Below, piece by piece: positions 8,808 through 19,441 of a DNA stretch of 20,000 nt. Positions within the stretch are counted from its first letter, which is position 1. Each line of letters starts with the position of its first letter. The notes under the pieces were generated by a model, which saw only the letters and a list, made by a program, of their open reading frames with translations, was not told where the DNA came from and made no database searches. The stretch covers positions 121,233-141,232 of the forward strand of contig JAWLHB010000020.1 of assembly GCA_041690595.1 (NCBI GenBank), read 5' to 3'. The translations under genes and the position numbers were made by a program. Source of the stretch: Lentisphaeria bacterium (GTDB lineage: Bacteria > Verrucomicrobiota > Lentisphaeria > JABSQK01 > JAWLHB01).

Positions 8808-10081
8808 GCCGGCTTTTCGCAGAGGACGAAGATGAGCGACCCGAAAAGGTGGCGTTGCGTCTGCAGGCGGAAACCCGCTCGCGTGAGGGTCTCGGTCAAG
8901 GTCGCCACCTCGAATTTGGTCAGATGACGGTGCCCCTCCCTGCCATGGCGCAGGGTGCGTTCATAGAGCCATTCGATTGCCGGCCACCAGGGTCGCCCAT
9001 AGTCGGGCGTGCTGACGAGCAGCCGACCACCCGGCTTGAGCACGCGGAAGAGTTCGGCGATTGCCCGGCCGGCCTGTTGCGGTTCGAGGTGCTCGAGCAC
9101 TTCGAGGCAGTAGCATGCGTCGAAGCTGCCGTCGGCCAGTGGCAGGTGCGTGGCGTTGGCTTCGAGCAAACGCCGCTTCTCGTGCCCCAGATAGCGCAGC
9201 ACGCGGCGGTTCAAGTCGAGGCCGACGACCTGTGGATAACCAAGAATGATGCGGTCGGTGCCGCAGCCGACATCCAGCGCCAGCCCCTGGGGAGGCAGCA
9301 GGGCCATGGCCTGGCTGTGACGCTGGCGCTGCCAGTAGCGCTGCATGGGGATGCGGCTGTTGTAGGCGCGTTCGTCGTAGTCGCAGAAGGCGCGTGAGTT
9401 GCGAAAAGAGCGAAGCCGCATGCTGGACTTCAGAAATGCCAGACCGTAACGGATGACGGCGGCCTTGGAACGGCCTTCCAGCCGCGGCCGATAGTAGAAG
9501 GGCATCTCCTTCAGCCGGAAGCCGTGCCCGTACGCCTTGATGCCGATCTCCGACTGGATCTCAAAGGCCTCGCTTTTCAGCTCGAACTCCGCGAAGATCT
9601 TCCGGCGGTAGAGTTTGAAGCCACCGGAGAGATCCTGCACCGGAAGGGAGCAGACAAAGCCGAGATACCGGTTGAGCATCCGGCTGGTGAAGACGCGAAA
9701 CCAGGAGGCATCCTGCCCGCCGCGCGGCAGGTACCGTGAGGCGATCACCAGATCCGCATCGTGCCGCCGGTCGAGCATCCAGCGAATGTAGACGGGATCG
9801 TGGCTGCCATCCGCATCCATCGTGGCAATCAGCTCATGGCTCGCCAGGCGAAAGCCGGTCTTGAGGGCTTCCGCATAGCCGCTCTCCAGCGCCACGTATC
9901 GTGCCCCGAGGCGTGCGGCAATCGCCTCCGTGCCGTCGCCCGTCGGTGCATCCACGATGAGAATCTCCAGCTCCCCGGTGACGGCATCGAGTTCGTCGTG
10001 CAGCCGCTCGATGACGAAGGGCAGGTTGGCGGCTTCCCCTTTGGTGGGCAGCAGGACGGTGAGGTTGGGCAGGTTGGTCAT
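8804..10081 (-). CDS. Fusion of a GT2 (DPM1-like polyprenyl-phosphate glycosyltransferase) and a class I SAM methyltransferase
   Basis: N-terminal half has TMDADGSHDP, DLVIASRY, DLSGGFKLYR and RLEGRSK. C-terminal half has LDVGCG, GLDL, LPLADGSFD, EVLEHL and RVLKPGG. Confidence 0.85.
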   Translation of the reverse strand: MTNLPNLTVLLPTKGEAANLPFVIERLHDELDAVTGELEILIVDAPTGDGTEAIAARLGARYVALESGYAEALKTGFRLASHELIATMDADGSHDPVYIRWMLDRRHDADLVIASRYLPRGGQDASWFRVFTSRMLNRYLGFVCSLPVQDLSGGFKLYRRKIFAEFELKSEAFEIQSEIGIKAYGHGFRLKEMPFYYRPRLEGRSKAAVIRYGLAFLKSSMRLRSFRNSRAFCDYDERAYNSRIPMQRYWQRQRHSQAMALLPPQGLALDVGCGTDRIILGYPQVVGLDLNRRVLRYLGHEKRRLLEANATHLPLADGSFDACYCLEVLEHLEPQQAGRAIAELFRVLKPGGRLLVSTPDYGRPWWPAIEWLYERTLRHGREGHRHLTKFEVATLTETLTRAGFRLQTQRHLFGSLIFVLCEKPA

Positions 10082-10096
10082 TCGGTTTGTCCCGGC

Positions 10097-11115
<1,019 letters not shown>

Positions 11116-11116
<1 letters not shown>

Positions 11117-11955
11117 CAGATTGTCGTCTCCAGGTAATGGATCAGCGCATCGTGCCAGTGCGGGCGCGACGGAGTTGCCAGTGAATCGAAGCGGGAGCAG
11201 TCGAAGCGGGAATTGAGCGGACGGTGAGCTGGAGCCGGGAAGGCGTCGGAACTGCATGGTTCCAGCCTGACGCTATAGCCGCGGTGAGTCGCAATAAGCT
11301 GGGCTACCTCAAAGCGGCTGGCATATCCCTGGGCCGCATAAAGGTACGTGCCTTCGGTCTCTTTGTCCACCAATGCCAGGATGGCGCTGGCAACCGCGGT
11401 TGTGGGCGTTGGCGCGCCAATCTGGTCCCCGACCACCTTCAGCAGGTCGAGGCGGGCGGCCAGCTCCTGGATCTTGCTGACGAAGTGACGCCCGTGCCGA
11501 CCGTACGTCCATTCGATCCGCAGGATGGCATGGCGGCAGCCCGATGCTCCGAGCAGCTGCTCGCCCCGCCACTTGGTCTCGCCGTAGACATTGAGGGGGT
11601 GGGGCGGGTCGGCCTCGGTATAAGGCGATTCCTTGCGCCCGTCATAGACAAAGTCGGTACTGATGTGCAACACGTACTGGCCGCGTTCGGTCGCCAACCG
11701 ACCAAGGTTCCCGACCGCGACGGCATTCACCTCATGCGCCAGTTCGGCGGCGGTTTCCGCTCCGTCGACATTGGTGTAGGCGGCACAGTTGACGATGATG
11801 CGGGCGTCCTTTGTCGCCTTCGCCACGGCATCTTGGTCACGGATATCCAGCTCCGGCAGGTCGAAGGGGGCGTGCGGCCGGTTCTGTTTGGCCAGCACGG
11901 CCTGAAGATCGCGGCCAAGCATGCCGCCGGCGCCCAGGATGGCAAGTTTGTTCAC
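11116..11955 (-). CDS. rfbD: dTDP-4-dehydrorhamnose reductase
   Basis: This is the C-terminal part of the 819-aa track ORF. GTG at 11955 gives MNKLAILGAGGMLG, then VNCAAYTNVDGAE, HISTDFVYDG, YGETK, VVGDQIGAPT and PAHRP. Confidence 0.93.
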
Positions 11956-12117
11956 GGATGATGGAGGTGTGTGAGGTTGAAGGTTTCGGGTGTAGTGTAG
12001 CACACGGGATGCCCCAGTTACAGCTTTCCGCGCAAGTTGGGATTGCAAAAGCAGGTGGATAGTGCCACTATTTCCGCCTATAACAAGTGACCAGCCAGAT
12101 ACTAACGAGGGATTGCC

Positions 12118-12711
12118 ATGAGCCGCCAGGCCATAGTTGAACGGAAAACGACCGAGACGCAGATCACCGTCGAGTGGAAAATCGATGGCGCCGGTAATGC
12201 GGAAATCTGTACCGGTATTCCCTTCATGGATCACATGCTGACGCTCTTCGCGCGGCATGGCTTCTTCGACCTGAAGGTGGAAGCCGAAGGCGACCTCGAG
12301 GTCGACGCGCACCACACGATGGAAGATCTGGGCCTGACCATGGGCAAGGCGCTCTCGCAGGCTCTGGATGACAAGGCGGGAATTCACCGCTATGGCTTTT
12401 TCTACCTGCCCATGGATGAGACTCTGGCGCGGGTCGTCGTCGACCTTTCCGGGCGACCCTGCCTGATGTACGATGTAGACGTTCCCCGCGGCCACATGCT
12501 GGGCGGCATGGACGTGCGGCTCTTCCGCGAGTTCATGCAGGCCTTTACCAATGCCGCCGCACTGAATCTGCACATCGACCTGATCCGCGGTGAGGACATG
12601 CACCACATTTTCGAGGCCATCTTCAAGGGATTGGCCAGAGCGTTGGACATGGCGACCAGGATGGAGCCACGCGAAAAGTCCATTCCCTCCACCAAGGGCA
12701 CGCTCGTCTGA
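12118..12711 (+). CDS. hisB: Imidazoleglycerol-phosphate dehydratase
   Basis: Motifs [44 protein letters not shown] and IPSTKG. GAGG RBS upstream. Confidence 0.97.
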   Translation: MSRQAIVERKTTETQITVEWKIDGAGNAEICTGIPFMDHMLTLFARHGFFDLKVEAEGDLEVDAHHTMEDLGLTMGKALSQALDDKAGIHRYGFFYLPMDETLARVVVDLSGRPCLMYDVDVPRGHMLGGMDVRLFREFMQAFTNAAALNLHIDLIRGEDMHHIFEAIFKGLARALDMATRMEPREKSIPSTKGTLV

Positions 12712-12747
12712 GCTGATGATTACGCACCAACTGGAGAAGCGTCGACG

Positions 12748-13485
12748 ATGTTGAAAATAGTCCCGGCCATCGATATCCGGCACGGCAAATGTGTGCGCCT
12801 GGAACAGGGCGATTATGACCGGCAGACCACCTACGAGGTGTCGCCAACCGACATGGCCAGAAAATGGCAGGATAGCGGCGCTGAACTCATCCATCTGGTC
12901 GATCTCGATGGTGCCAAGGCCGGCCATCCCGTCAATCTGGACGTCATCGAGAGGATCTGCGCCAGCGTCTCCGTCCCCTGCGAGCTGGGCGGCGGCATCC
13001 GCACCATTGCGGATATCGAGGATGCGCTGGAGGCAGGCGTTTCGCGCGTGATTCTCGGTACGGTCGTTGCGGAGAACCCGACGCATGCGGGAGCGCTGCT
13101 GGAGGATTTCGCTGCCTGCGAGCTGGTGGCGGGGATCGACGCGCGTGGCGGCAAGGTGGCGGTTCGTGGCTGGACTGAAGAGTCGCAAGCCGATGCCATG
13201 GATCTGGCGCAGGAGCTCTTCCTCCATGGTATCCAGAATTTCATCTACACGGATATCCTGACGGACGGCATGTTCACGGGGCCTAACGTGAAGGAGCTGG
13301 TAAATCTGTGCCGGTCGCTGCCCGAGGCGCGGGTAATCGCATCTGGCGGGATTGGGACCGCCGCGCATGTTGCCACCCTGGCGGAACTCAATCTCGACAA
13401 TCTTGACGGGGTCATCGTCGGCAAAGCGCTCTACGACGGTCGCGTCACCTTCGAGGAGCTGGCGAAAGCAATCCGCGGCGCCTGA
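12748..13485 (+). CDS. hisA: ProFAR isomerase (HisA)
   Basis: Motifs IVPAIDIRHGKCVRL.QG, HLVDLDGA, ELGGGIR, GIDARGG.VAVRGW, IYTDI..DGM..GPN, IASGG and IVGKALY. GGAG RBS upstream. Confidence 0.97.
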   Translation: MLKIVPAIDIRHGKCVRLEQGDYDRQTTYEVSPTDMARKWQDSGAELIHLVDLDGAKAGHPVNLDVIERICASVSVPCELGGGIRTIADIEDALEAGVSRVILGTVVAENPTHAGALLEDFAACELVAGIDARGGKVAVRGWTEESQADAMDLAQELFLHGIQNFIYTDILTDGMFTGPNVKELVNLCRSLPEARVIASGGIGTAAHVATLAELNLDNLDGVIVGKALYDGRVTFEELAKAIRGA

Positions 13486-13489
13486 TCGC

Positions 13490-14074
13490 TCAGCGGGCGA
13501 TGGGCTCCACGGGGACGACGATGCGCACCAGATTCTCTGCCTCTTCGATTTCCAGGGATTGCGAGGAAAGGGCAAGCTCCTTTTCCTCCAGAGTCTCTAC
13601 CCAGGTGTCGTTGATGGTCCGATAGGCTTTGAAGGCGGCTACGCTGCGGTGAGCATTCAGGATGGCGATGATGCTCTGCTGGCGCGGCAGCTCGATGAGT
13701 TTCAGGGGAAGCTGCACGTCGGTGACATCGGCATCGTCCTTAAGGAGATAGCCGACGATGCTGTGGCGTTCCTTGAGCGGGATGCGCTCGAAGCGATTGT
13801 CGGCGAGAGCGCATGGCGTGCCAATGGCGTCCAGCAGCCCTTGCTCGCTCAACAGCGGCAGGACTTCGTCTTCGCGGACAACCATTGCCTTGTGCAGTGG
13901 ACCATAGCGGTCTATACCCACGATTCGCCATGGACCTGCTTCGCTGAGGGTGATGTCGACCGTGCTGAAGAGCCCCAGGCAGGCGCCACCGCCGACAAAG
14001 AGGATCACGACGAGGGATAGAAAGACCAGCGCGATGACCGCTCGCCGATGTCGATTGAATGGGATGAACTTCAT
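13490..14074 (-). CDS. Membrane-anchored protein with a probable GyrI-like small-molecule-binding domain
   Basis: ATG at 14074 is followed by a basic stretch and one TM segment. The pattern GLFSTVDI...EAGP....RYGP, SIVGYLL, LP....I, KAY and EI resembles GyrI-like folds. Confidence 0.55.
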   Translation of the reverse strand: MKFIPFNRHRRAVIALVFLSLVVILFVGGGACLGLFSTVDITLSEAGPWRIVGIDRYGPLHKAMVVREDEVLPLLSEQGLLDAIGTPCALADNRFERIPLKERHSIVGYLLKDDADVTDVQLPLKLIELPRQQSIIAILNAHRSVAAFKAYRTINDTWVETLEEKELALSSQSLEIEEAENLVRIVVPVEPIAR

Positions 14075-14093
14075 CCGTACCTTGAGCTGTCGG

Positions 14094-15407
14094 TTAAAGT
14101 AGATTGGCGGCGATCTCAGCCAGTTCACTCCGCTCGCCTTTGTCTAAAGTAACATGAGCAGCGATAGACTGCGAGCGAAAACGGTTGACCAGCGAAATAA
14201 AGCCGTTCGACATGGAGTCGACGTAGGGATTGTCGATCTGATCTGGATCCCCGGTAAGCACGAGTTTGGTATTCCGGCCGACGCGGGTGATGATCGTCTT
14301 GACTTCCAGGGGGGTGAGGTTCTGGGCCTCGTCGATGATCATGAACTGATGGGGAATGCTGCGGCCACGAATATAGGTGAGCGGCTCGATGCCGATCTCA
14401 TCCGACTCCAGGATGTCCGCGGGAAGGGAACGCTGGCGACTGCGGCGGTCCACTTCGCGGATCAGCTCGATCGCATCATAGATGGGCTGCATCCAGGGGC
14501 GCAGCTTTTCCTCGATCTCGCCAGGCAGAAAGCCGATGTCTCGCCCCATGGGGACCGTGGGTCTGCTGACGAGGACGCGATTGTAGGCATCCTCCACCAG
14601 CACTTTGTAGAGGCCGGCCGCCACGGCCAGGAGGGACTTGCCGGTGCCTGCCTTGCCCTGGAGGGTAACCAGCTTGATGTTGTCGTCGAGCAACGCATCG
14701 AGGGCGAAGTTCTGGCCGAGGTTGAGCGGGTGAATGCCCAGGACGGATTCGCGGCTCTGCAGGGGTTGCACGGTGACGCCGTCACTCCGCAGGCGTCCGA
14801 GGGCGGTGATCTCGCTGTTCTCCCTGCTGATCAACTGCACGTACTCATTTGGGTTGTGGGGAGGCTGATCGAGCTTCAACTGGCCGTCCTTCAGGAAGGC
14901 CTCGATCTGGTCCGGCGGCACGTTCAGATGGTGGACGCCCGTGTAGAAATCCTGGAATCGAACCTTGTCATCCTCGTAGTCTTCGGCATAGATGCCCAGA
15001 GCGTCGGCCAGGAGGCGCAGGTTGATGCTCTTGGTGATGAGAATGGTGGGTTGCTCGGGGTCCGCCTGATTCATGTGGACGGCGAGGTTGAGCAGCTTGT
15101 TCTCGAAATGGTCGCCGACCTGCAGGCCGCGGTTCTGGAGGACATCGCGTGTCCGCTGGGCATGAACGCGCAGCATGCCGCCGCTTTTCAGGGAAATGCC
15201 CTCGCCAAGCTTGCCATGCTCCCGGAATTCATCAAGCATCTTGATGATTGTGCGGGCATTCCTGCCGAGATCCGTCATATCGCGCTTGAAAGAGTCGAGC
15301 TCCTCGATCACTTCTATGGGGATGATCACGATGTTGTCGTCAAAGCTGTAGATCGATTGCGGATTGTACAGCAGTACGCTCGCATCCAGAATGAAATTCT
15401 TTTGCAT
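14094..15407 (-). CDS. PIN-domain + PhoH-family ATPase (PhoH2/YlaK-like)
   Basis: PIN N-terminus (FILDASVLL..P, VIEELD.FK), Walker A GKAGTGKS, and PhoH motifs RDIGFLPG, PWMQPIYD, YIRGRS, IIDEAQN, GDPDQID and ERSELA. Confidence 0.93.
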   Translation of the reverse strand: MQKNFILDASVLLYNPQSIYSFDDNIVIIPIEVIEELDSFKRDMTDLGRNARTIIKMLDEFREHGKLGEGISLKSGGMLRVHAQRTRDVLQNRGLQVGDHFENKLLNLAVHMNQADPEQPTILITKSINLRLLADALGIYAEDYEDDKVRFQDFYTGVHHLNVPPDQIEAFLKDGQLKLDQPPHNPNEYVQLISRENSEITALGRLRSDGVTVQPLQSRESVLGIHPLNLGQNFALDALLDDNIKLVTLQGKAGTGKSLLAVAAGLYKVLVEDAYNRVLVSRPTVPMGRDIGFLPGEIEEKLRPWMQPIYDAIELIREVDRRSRQRSLPADILESDEIGIEPLTYIRGRSIPHQFMIIDEAQNLTPLEVKTIITRVGRNTKLVLTGDPDQIDNPYVDSMSNGFISLVNRFRSQSIAAHVTLDKGERSELAEIAANLL

Positions 15408-15511
15408 GTGGCGGGGGCAGTTCTCCCGGATGGTACGTGTGGCGGCTTGTAATGCGGTAGCTATAACTAGTACCTTGGCATGCTCAGATTTGCAACCAGG
15501 AGGCTTGGGTT

Positions 15512-16348
15512 ATGATGTTTTGCGCTGGAGATCGCGAGTGGGATCTGCAACGGCAGGTGCTGGTCATGGGGATCGTCAACGTGACGCCGGATTCGTTTTC
15601 CGAGCATGGCGATACGTATCGGGTTGAGGATGCCGTGGCGCGTGGGCTGAAGCTGGTGGCCGATGGCGCGGATATCCTCGACATTGGCGGCGAGTCTACC
15701 CGACCCGGTGCCCAGCCCGTCGAAGCCGAGGAGGAGATGGCGCGGATTCTGCCGGTGATCGAGGGCTTGCGTCGGGTGACCGACTGCCCGATCAGCGTGG
15801 ATACGTGGAAAGCATCCGTGGCCGACCGGGCCCTTCGAGCAGGGGCCTGCATGGTGAACGACATCAGTGGTTTTCACCGGGATTGTGACCTTGCTGGGGT
15901 GGCCGCCGAACATCGCGCCGGCTGCATTGCCATGCACATGCGAGGCACGCCCCAGACCATGCAGTCCCTGACCGAGTATGCGGACATTTTTGCTGAGATC
16001 AACGCCTTTTTTGGCGAGTGCATCGAACGGCTGGTTGCCGCGGGTGTCGAAAGGAGGTGTATCAGCCTCGATCCGGGGATTGGCTTCAGCAAGACGGTGG
16101 AGCAGAATCTGCTCCTGATTCGTCATCTGGATAGATTCGCCGGGCATGGGTGTCCGCTTCTGCTGGGAGTATCGCGTAAATCCTTCATCGGCCGGACCTT
16201 GAAGCTGGATGATCCGAAGCATCGAGTCTGGGGTACGGGAGCTGCGGTAGCCTGCGGAATCCTGCGGGGGGCACACATCGTGCGGGTGCATGACGTGCGG
16301 GAAATGCGGCAGGTCACCGATATGACCGTTGCCATCCGCGACGCTTAA
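15512..16348 (+). CDS. folP: Dihydropteroate synthase
   Basis: Motifs MGIVNVTPDSFS, DIGGESTRPG, ISVDT, NDISG, MHMRG.P, DPGIGFSK, GVSRKS and VRVHDV. AGGAGG RBS at 15498-15503. Confidence 0.97.
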   Translation: MMFCAGDREWDLQRQVLVMGIVNVTPDSFSEHGDTYRVEDAVARGLKLVADGADILDIGGESTRPGAQPVEAEEEMARILPVIEGLRRVTDCPISVDTWKASVADRALRAGACMVNDISGFHRDCDLAGVAAEHRAGCIAMHMRGTPQTMQSLTEYADIFAEINAFFGECIERLVAAGVERRCISLDPGIGFSKTVEQNLLLIRHLDRFAGHGCPLLLGVSRKSFIGRTLKLDDPKHRVWGTGAAVACGILRGAHIVRVHDVREMRQVTDMTVAIRDA

Positions 16349-16364
16349 CTCTCCATGGAGCCTT

Positions 16365-18395
16365 ATGGAACGACCTTTTGAGCTTTCGACCGAATTTGAG
16401 CCCGCCGGCGACCAGCCACAGGCGATAGACGCGCTGGTGCGCGGGCTTCAGGATGACCGCCATTTCCAGACCTTGCTGGGGGTGACCGGGTCGGGCAAGA
16501 CCTTTACGCTGGCGAACGTCATCGAGCGCGTTCAGCGGCCGGTGCTGGTGATCTCGCACAACAAGACGCTGGCTGCCCAGTTGTACAGCGAGTTCAAGCA
16601 CTTCTTCCCGAAGAACGCGGTCGAGTACTTCATCAGCTACTATGATTATTATCTGCCGGAAGCCTATATTCCACAGACGGATACCTACATCGCCAAGGAC
16701 GCGCACATCAACGAGGAGATCGAGAAGTTGCGGCTGGCGGCGACCAGTTCGCTCCTCGACCGCAAGGATGTGATCGTCATTGCGAGCGTCTCGTGCATCT
16801 ACGGGTTGGGCTCGCCGGAAGATTTCATGAACATGAGTGTGCCGCTGGAGGTGGGCCAGGAGTTGGTGCGCGACGAGATGCTCGCGAGGCTGATCGACCT
16901 GCAGTATCAGCGCAACGATCTGGCGCCGGAGCGCGGCGAGTTCCGGGTTTCGGGCGACACCGTCGACGTCTATCCTGCATATCGTGACGATGTGGTACGC
17001 ATCGAGCTGTGGGGAGACGAGGTGGAGCGGCTGACCCGCCGCGATCCGCTGACCATGGAGGAGCTGGAAGGTCTGGAGCGCACGACCATCTTTCCCGCCA
17101 GCCACTTCGTCACTCCGGCCGAGCGCGTCAAGATCGCGGAGCGCGACATCAAGGAGGAGATGAAGGAGCAGGTGCGCAAGTTCGAATCGGAAGGCCGCCT
17201 GGTGGAGGCGCAGCGCATCTATCAGCGGACCATGTACGATCTGGAGATGCTGCGCGAGGTTGGCTTCTGCAGCGGGATCGAGAACTACTCCCGCCATCTG
17301 AGCCGTCGCAAACCGGGCGAGCGCCCCTTCTGCCTGGTCGACTTCTTTCCCGAAGATTTCATCACCATTATCGATGAATCGCATGTGACGATTCCCCAGT
17401 TGCGCGCGATGTACAAGGCGGACCGTACCCGCAAGGAGACGCTCGTTGAACATGGTTTCCGGCTCCCGTCCGCTCTGGACAACCGGCCGCTCACCTTCGA
17501 AGAGATCGAGAAGATCCTCAAGCAGACGATCTTCATGTCGGCCACGCCAAGTGACTACGAGGTCCAGCATTCCGTCCCGGTTCAGCAGGTCATCCGGCCC
17601 ACGGGGCTTCTGGATCCCATCGTGACCATCCGGCCGTTGGATGGGCAGATCGACGATCTCATGGCCGAAGTGCGCGAATGCGCATCGCGAGGTGAGCGGG
17701 TGCTGGTGACGACGCTCACCAAGCGGACCTCCGAGGATCTGTCCGAGTACCTGGCGGAGCTTGGCGTGCGCGTCAAGTATCTGCATTCGGATATCGATGC
17801 CATCGAACGCGTGGATATCCTGCGCGATCTGCGCACCGGCGATTTTGACTGCCTGGTTGGCGTCAACCTGCTTCGCGAGGGGCTGGATCTGCCCGAGGTG
17901 GCACTGGTGGCGATTCTGGATGCGGATAAGGAGGGCTTCCTGCGTTCGCAGACGGCCTTGATCCAGACCGCCGGCCGGGCAGCGCGTCATATCGATGGCA
18001 GGGTGATACTCTACGCGGATCGCATCACCGACAGCATACAGGCGATGTTGACGGTAACGACGCAGCGCCGTGACGTGCAGGCGGCCTTCAACGAGCGCCA
18101 CAACATCACCCCGACCAGTGCCACGCGCGCCATCCAGGAGAGCTTGCGACTGTACAGCAACCTTCCCGGCAGCAAGGCGCTGGCCATTGCGGAGAACACG
18201 GATGATCTGGATGTCGCCGAGGTACTGCGGCAGCTTGAGGGGGATATGTTCGAAGCAGCCGAGCAACTGGAATTCGAGCGCGCGGCGATGATCCGCGATC
18301 AGATTGCGAAACTCAAGCGCGAGAACGGCATCGAGACGGAGAGCGTCTCCAAGCCGCAGGGGCGCTCACGCGGCCGAAAGAACGTCCGCTACTGA
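16365..18395 (+). CDS. uvrB: Excinuclease ABC subunit B
   Basis: Motifs PAGDQPQAI, LGVTGSGKT, HNKTLAAQL, YYDYYLPEAY, GIENYSRH, DESH, GFRLPSALDNRPL, NLLREGLDLPEV, QTAGRAAR and a C-terminal UVR coil. ATG at 16365 follows GGAG. Confidence 0.98.
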   Translation: MERPFELSTEFEPAGDQPQAIDALVRGLQDDRHFQTLLGVTGSGKTFTLANVIERVQRPVLVISHNKTLAAQLYSEFKHFFPKNAVEYFISYYDYYLPEAYIPQTDTYIAKDAHINEEIEKLRLAATSSLLDRKDVIVIASVSCIYGLGSPEDFMNMSVPLEVGQELVRDEMLARLIDLQYQRNDLAPERGEFRVSGDTVDVYPAYRDDVVRIELWGDEVERLTRRDPLTMEELEGLERTTIFPASHFVTPAERVKIAERDIKEEMKEQVRKFESEGRLVEAQRIYQRTMYDLEMLREVGFCSGIENYSRHLSRRKPGERPFCLVDFFPEDFITIIDESHVTIPQLRAMYKADRTRKETLVEHGFRLPSALDNRPLTFEEIEKILKQTIFMSATPSDYEVQHSVPVQQVIRPTGLLDPIVTIRPLDGQIDDLMAEVRECASRGERVLVTTLTKRTSEDLSEYLAELGVRVKYLHSDIDAIERVDILRDLRTGDFDCLVGVNLLREGLDLPEVALVAILDADKEGFLRSQTALIQTAGRAARHIDGRVILYADRITDSIQAMLTVTTQRRDVQAAFNERHNITPTSATRAIQESLRLYSNLPGSKALAIAENTDDLDVAEVLRQLEGDMFEAAEQLEFERAAMIRDQIAKLKRENGIETESVSKPQGRSRGRKNVRY

Positions 18396-18410
18396 GCCAC
18401 GCGCCGGCAC

Positions 18411-18623
18411 TCACGCTTCCAGTCGGGTGAATCGGGGCACCGTACGGCCCTCATGCTCCACCACTTCGGCAAACATGGTCGCAGGCCTCACCCACAGGCC
18501 ACGCTCGCCATAGAGCTGGCGGTAGACGACCAACTCCTCCAGGCTTTCGCTGTGTCGGGCCAAGCCGATCACCTCGTATTCCTTTCCCTTGAAGTGTCGA
18601 TATCGTCCTGGCAGTATCTCCAT
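18411..18623 (-). CDS. DUF1653 family protein
   Basis: Signature GRYRHFKG..YEV...ARHSE..EELVVYR.LYG..GLWVRP..MF.....PRF. Confidence 0.9.
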   Translation of the reverse strand: MEILPGRYRHFKGKEYEVIGLARHSESLEELVVYRQLYGERGLWVRPATMFAEVVEHEGRTVPRFTRLEA

Positions 18624-18898
18624 GATGGGCAGCGCCTCACGCGTTGGCTGGTTGATCAGTTGGTGGTACCCAGACTATACCCCACGACCAAGACCTTTTC
18701 CTGGGGGGAGGGATCGAGCCGTGTGCGTGCGGTCGGCTGCGCGGCAGAAGATCATGGTCTCGACCTTGACAAAAGGTGGCAGGGATGAGCATATTCTCTT
18801 CCATGGTCGAACAACCCAAGGTGGCCAGAGCGAAAAGTCAATTGGCCTCAGCGGCGATCGGAATCAGACTACACCTGAAATCTGGTGGTAGAATCGAG

Positions 18899-19441
18899 AT
18901 GAACGGTTTGTGTTATCCGTTATCTTTTAAGGCATTACGGTGCCATTATTTTATTTCCATGGTTCCATCTATTTCTGTTATTGCACTAGCTTTTCTTTGT
19001 CTATGCGGGTGCTCATGGACTGATAGAATGATGAAACTAGATAGGATGCTTGAGCGGACGCTAGATCCTTACGTTACTGCCTATATGGCGTCCAGTAGTT
19101 TGGATGACCGGATCAATATCCTGAACCATCTAATAGCGGATATGAATAACCTTCGCCTGAAGCTTAAAACAGACCGACAGCGCTACTTTGTCGACGACAC
19201 AATTGCTTTTTCGTACGCTCGCCTTTACTACATAAACGTGGATCTGCAAAGACCTCATGCAGCAGAGCAAGCCAGAGCCGAAGCAATCAAGCATCATCCC
19301 GACTGGCAGTTGCTACCAGATGACGAACGTGTGGTAAGGCTCGAAAGTCTTGTCGTATTCCTGCGCAAGCTTGACGCGAGGTATGGCGTGCCGGTGCCGC
19401 AGGCATCCCCCCAACAAAACAACCCTGCAATCCAGCAGTAA
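18899..19441 (+). CDS. Hypothetical lipoprotein, helical/TPR-like, low GC
   Basis: Hydrophobic stretch ending in a lipobox-like LCG-C. The start is uncertain (ATG 18899 or 18959; the GTG at 18776 is unlikely). AT-rich codon usage unlike neighbouring genes. Confidence 0.6.
   Translation: MNGLCYPLSFKALRCHYFISMVPSISVIALAFLCLCGCSWTDRMMKLDRMLERTLDPYVTAYMASSSLDDRINILNHLIADMNNLRLKLKTDRQRYFVDDTIAFSYARLYYINVDLQRPHAAEQARAEAIKHHPDWQLLPDDERVVRLESLVVFLRKLDARYGVPVPQASPQQNNPAIQQ

Noticed and set aside
11956..12117. Possible his attenuator or T-box upstream of hisB
   Set aside because: No His-rich leader peptide, no terminator hairpin with a U-tract and no T-box motif.
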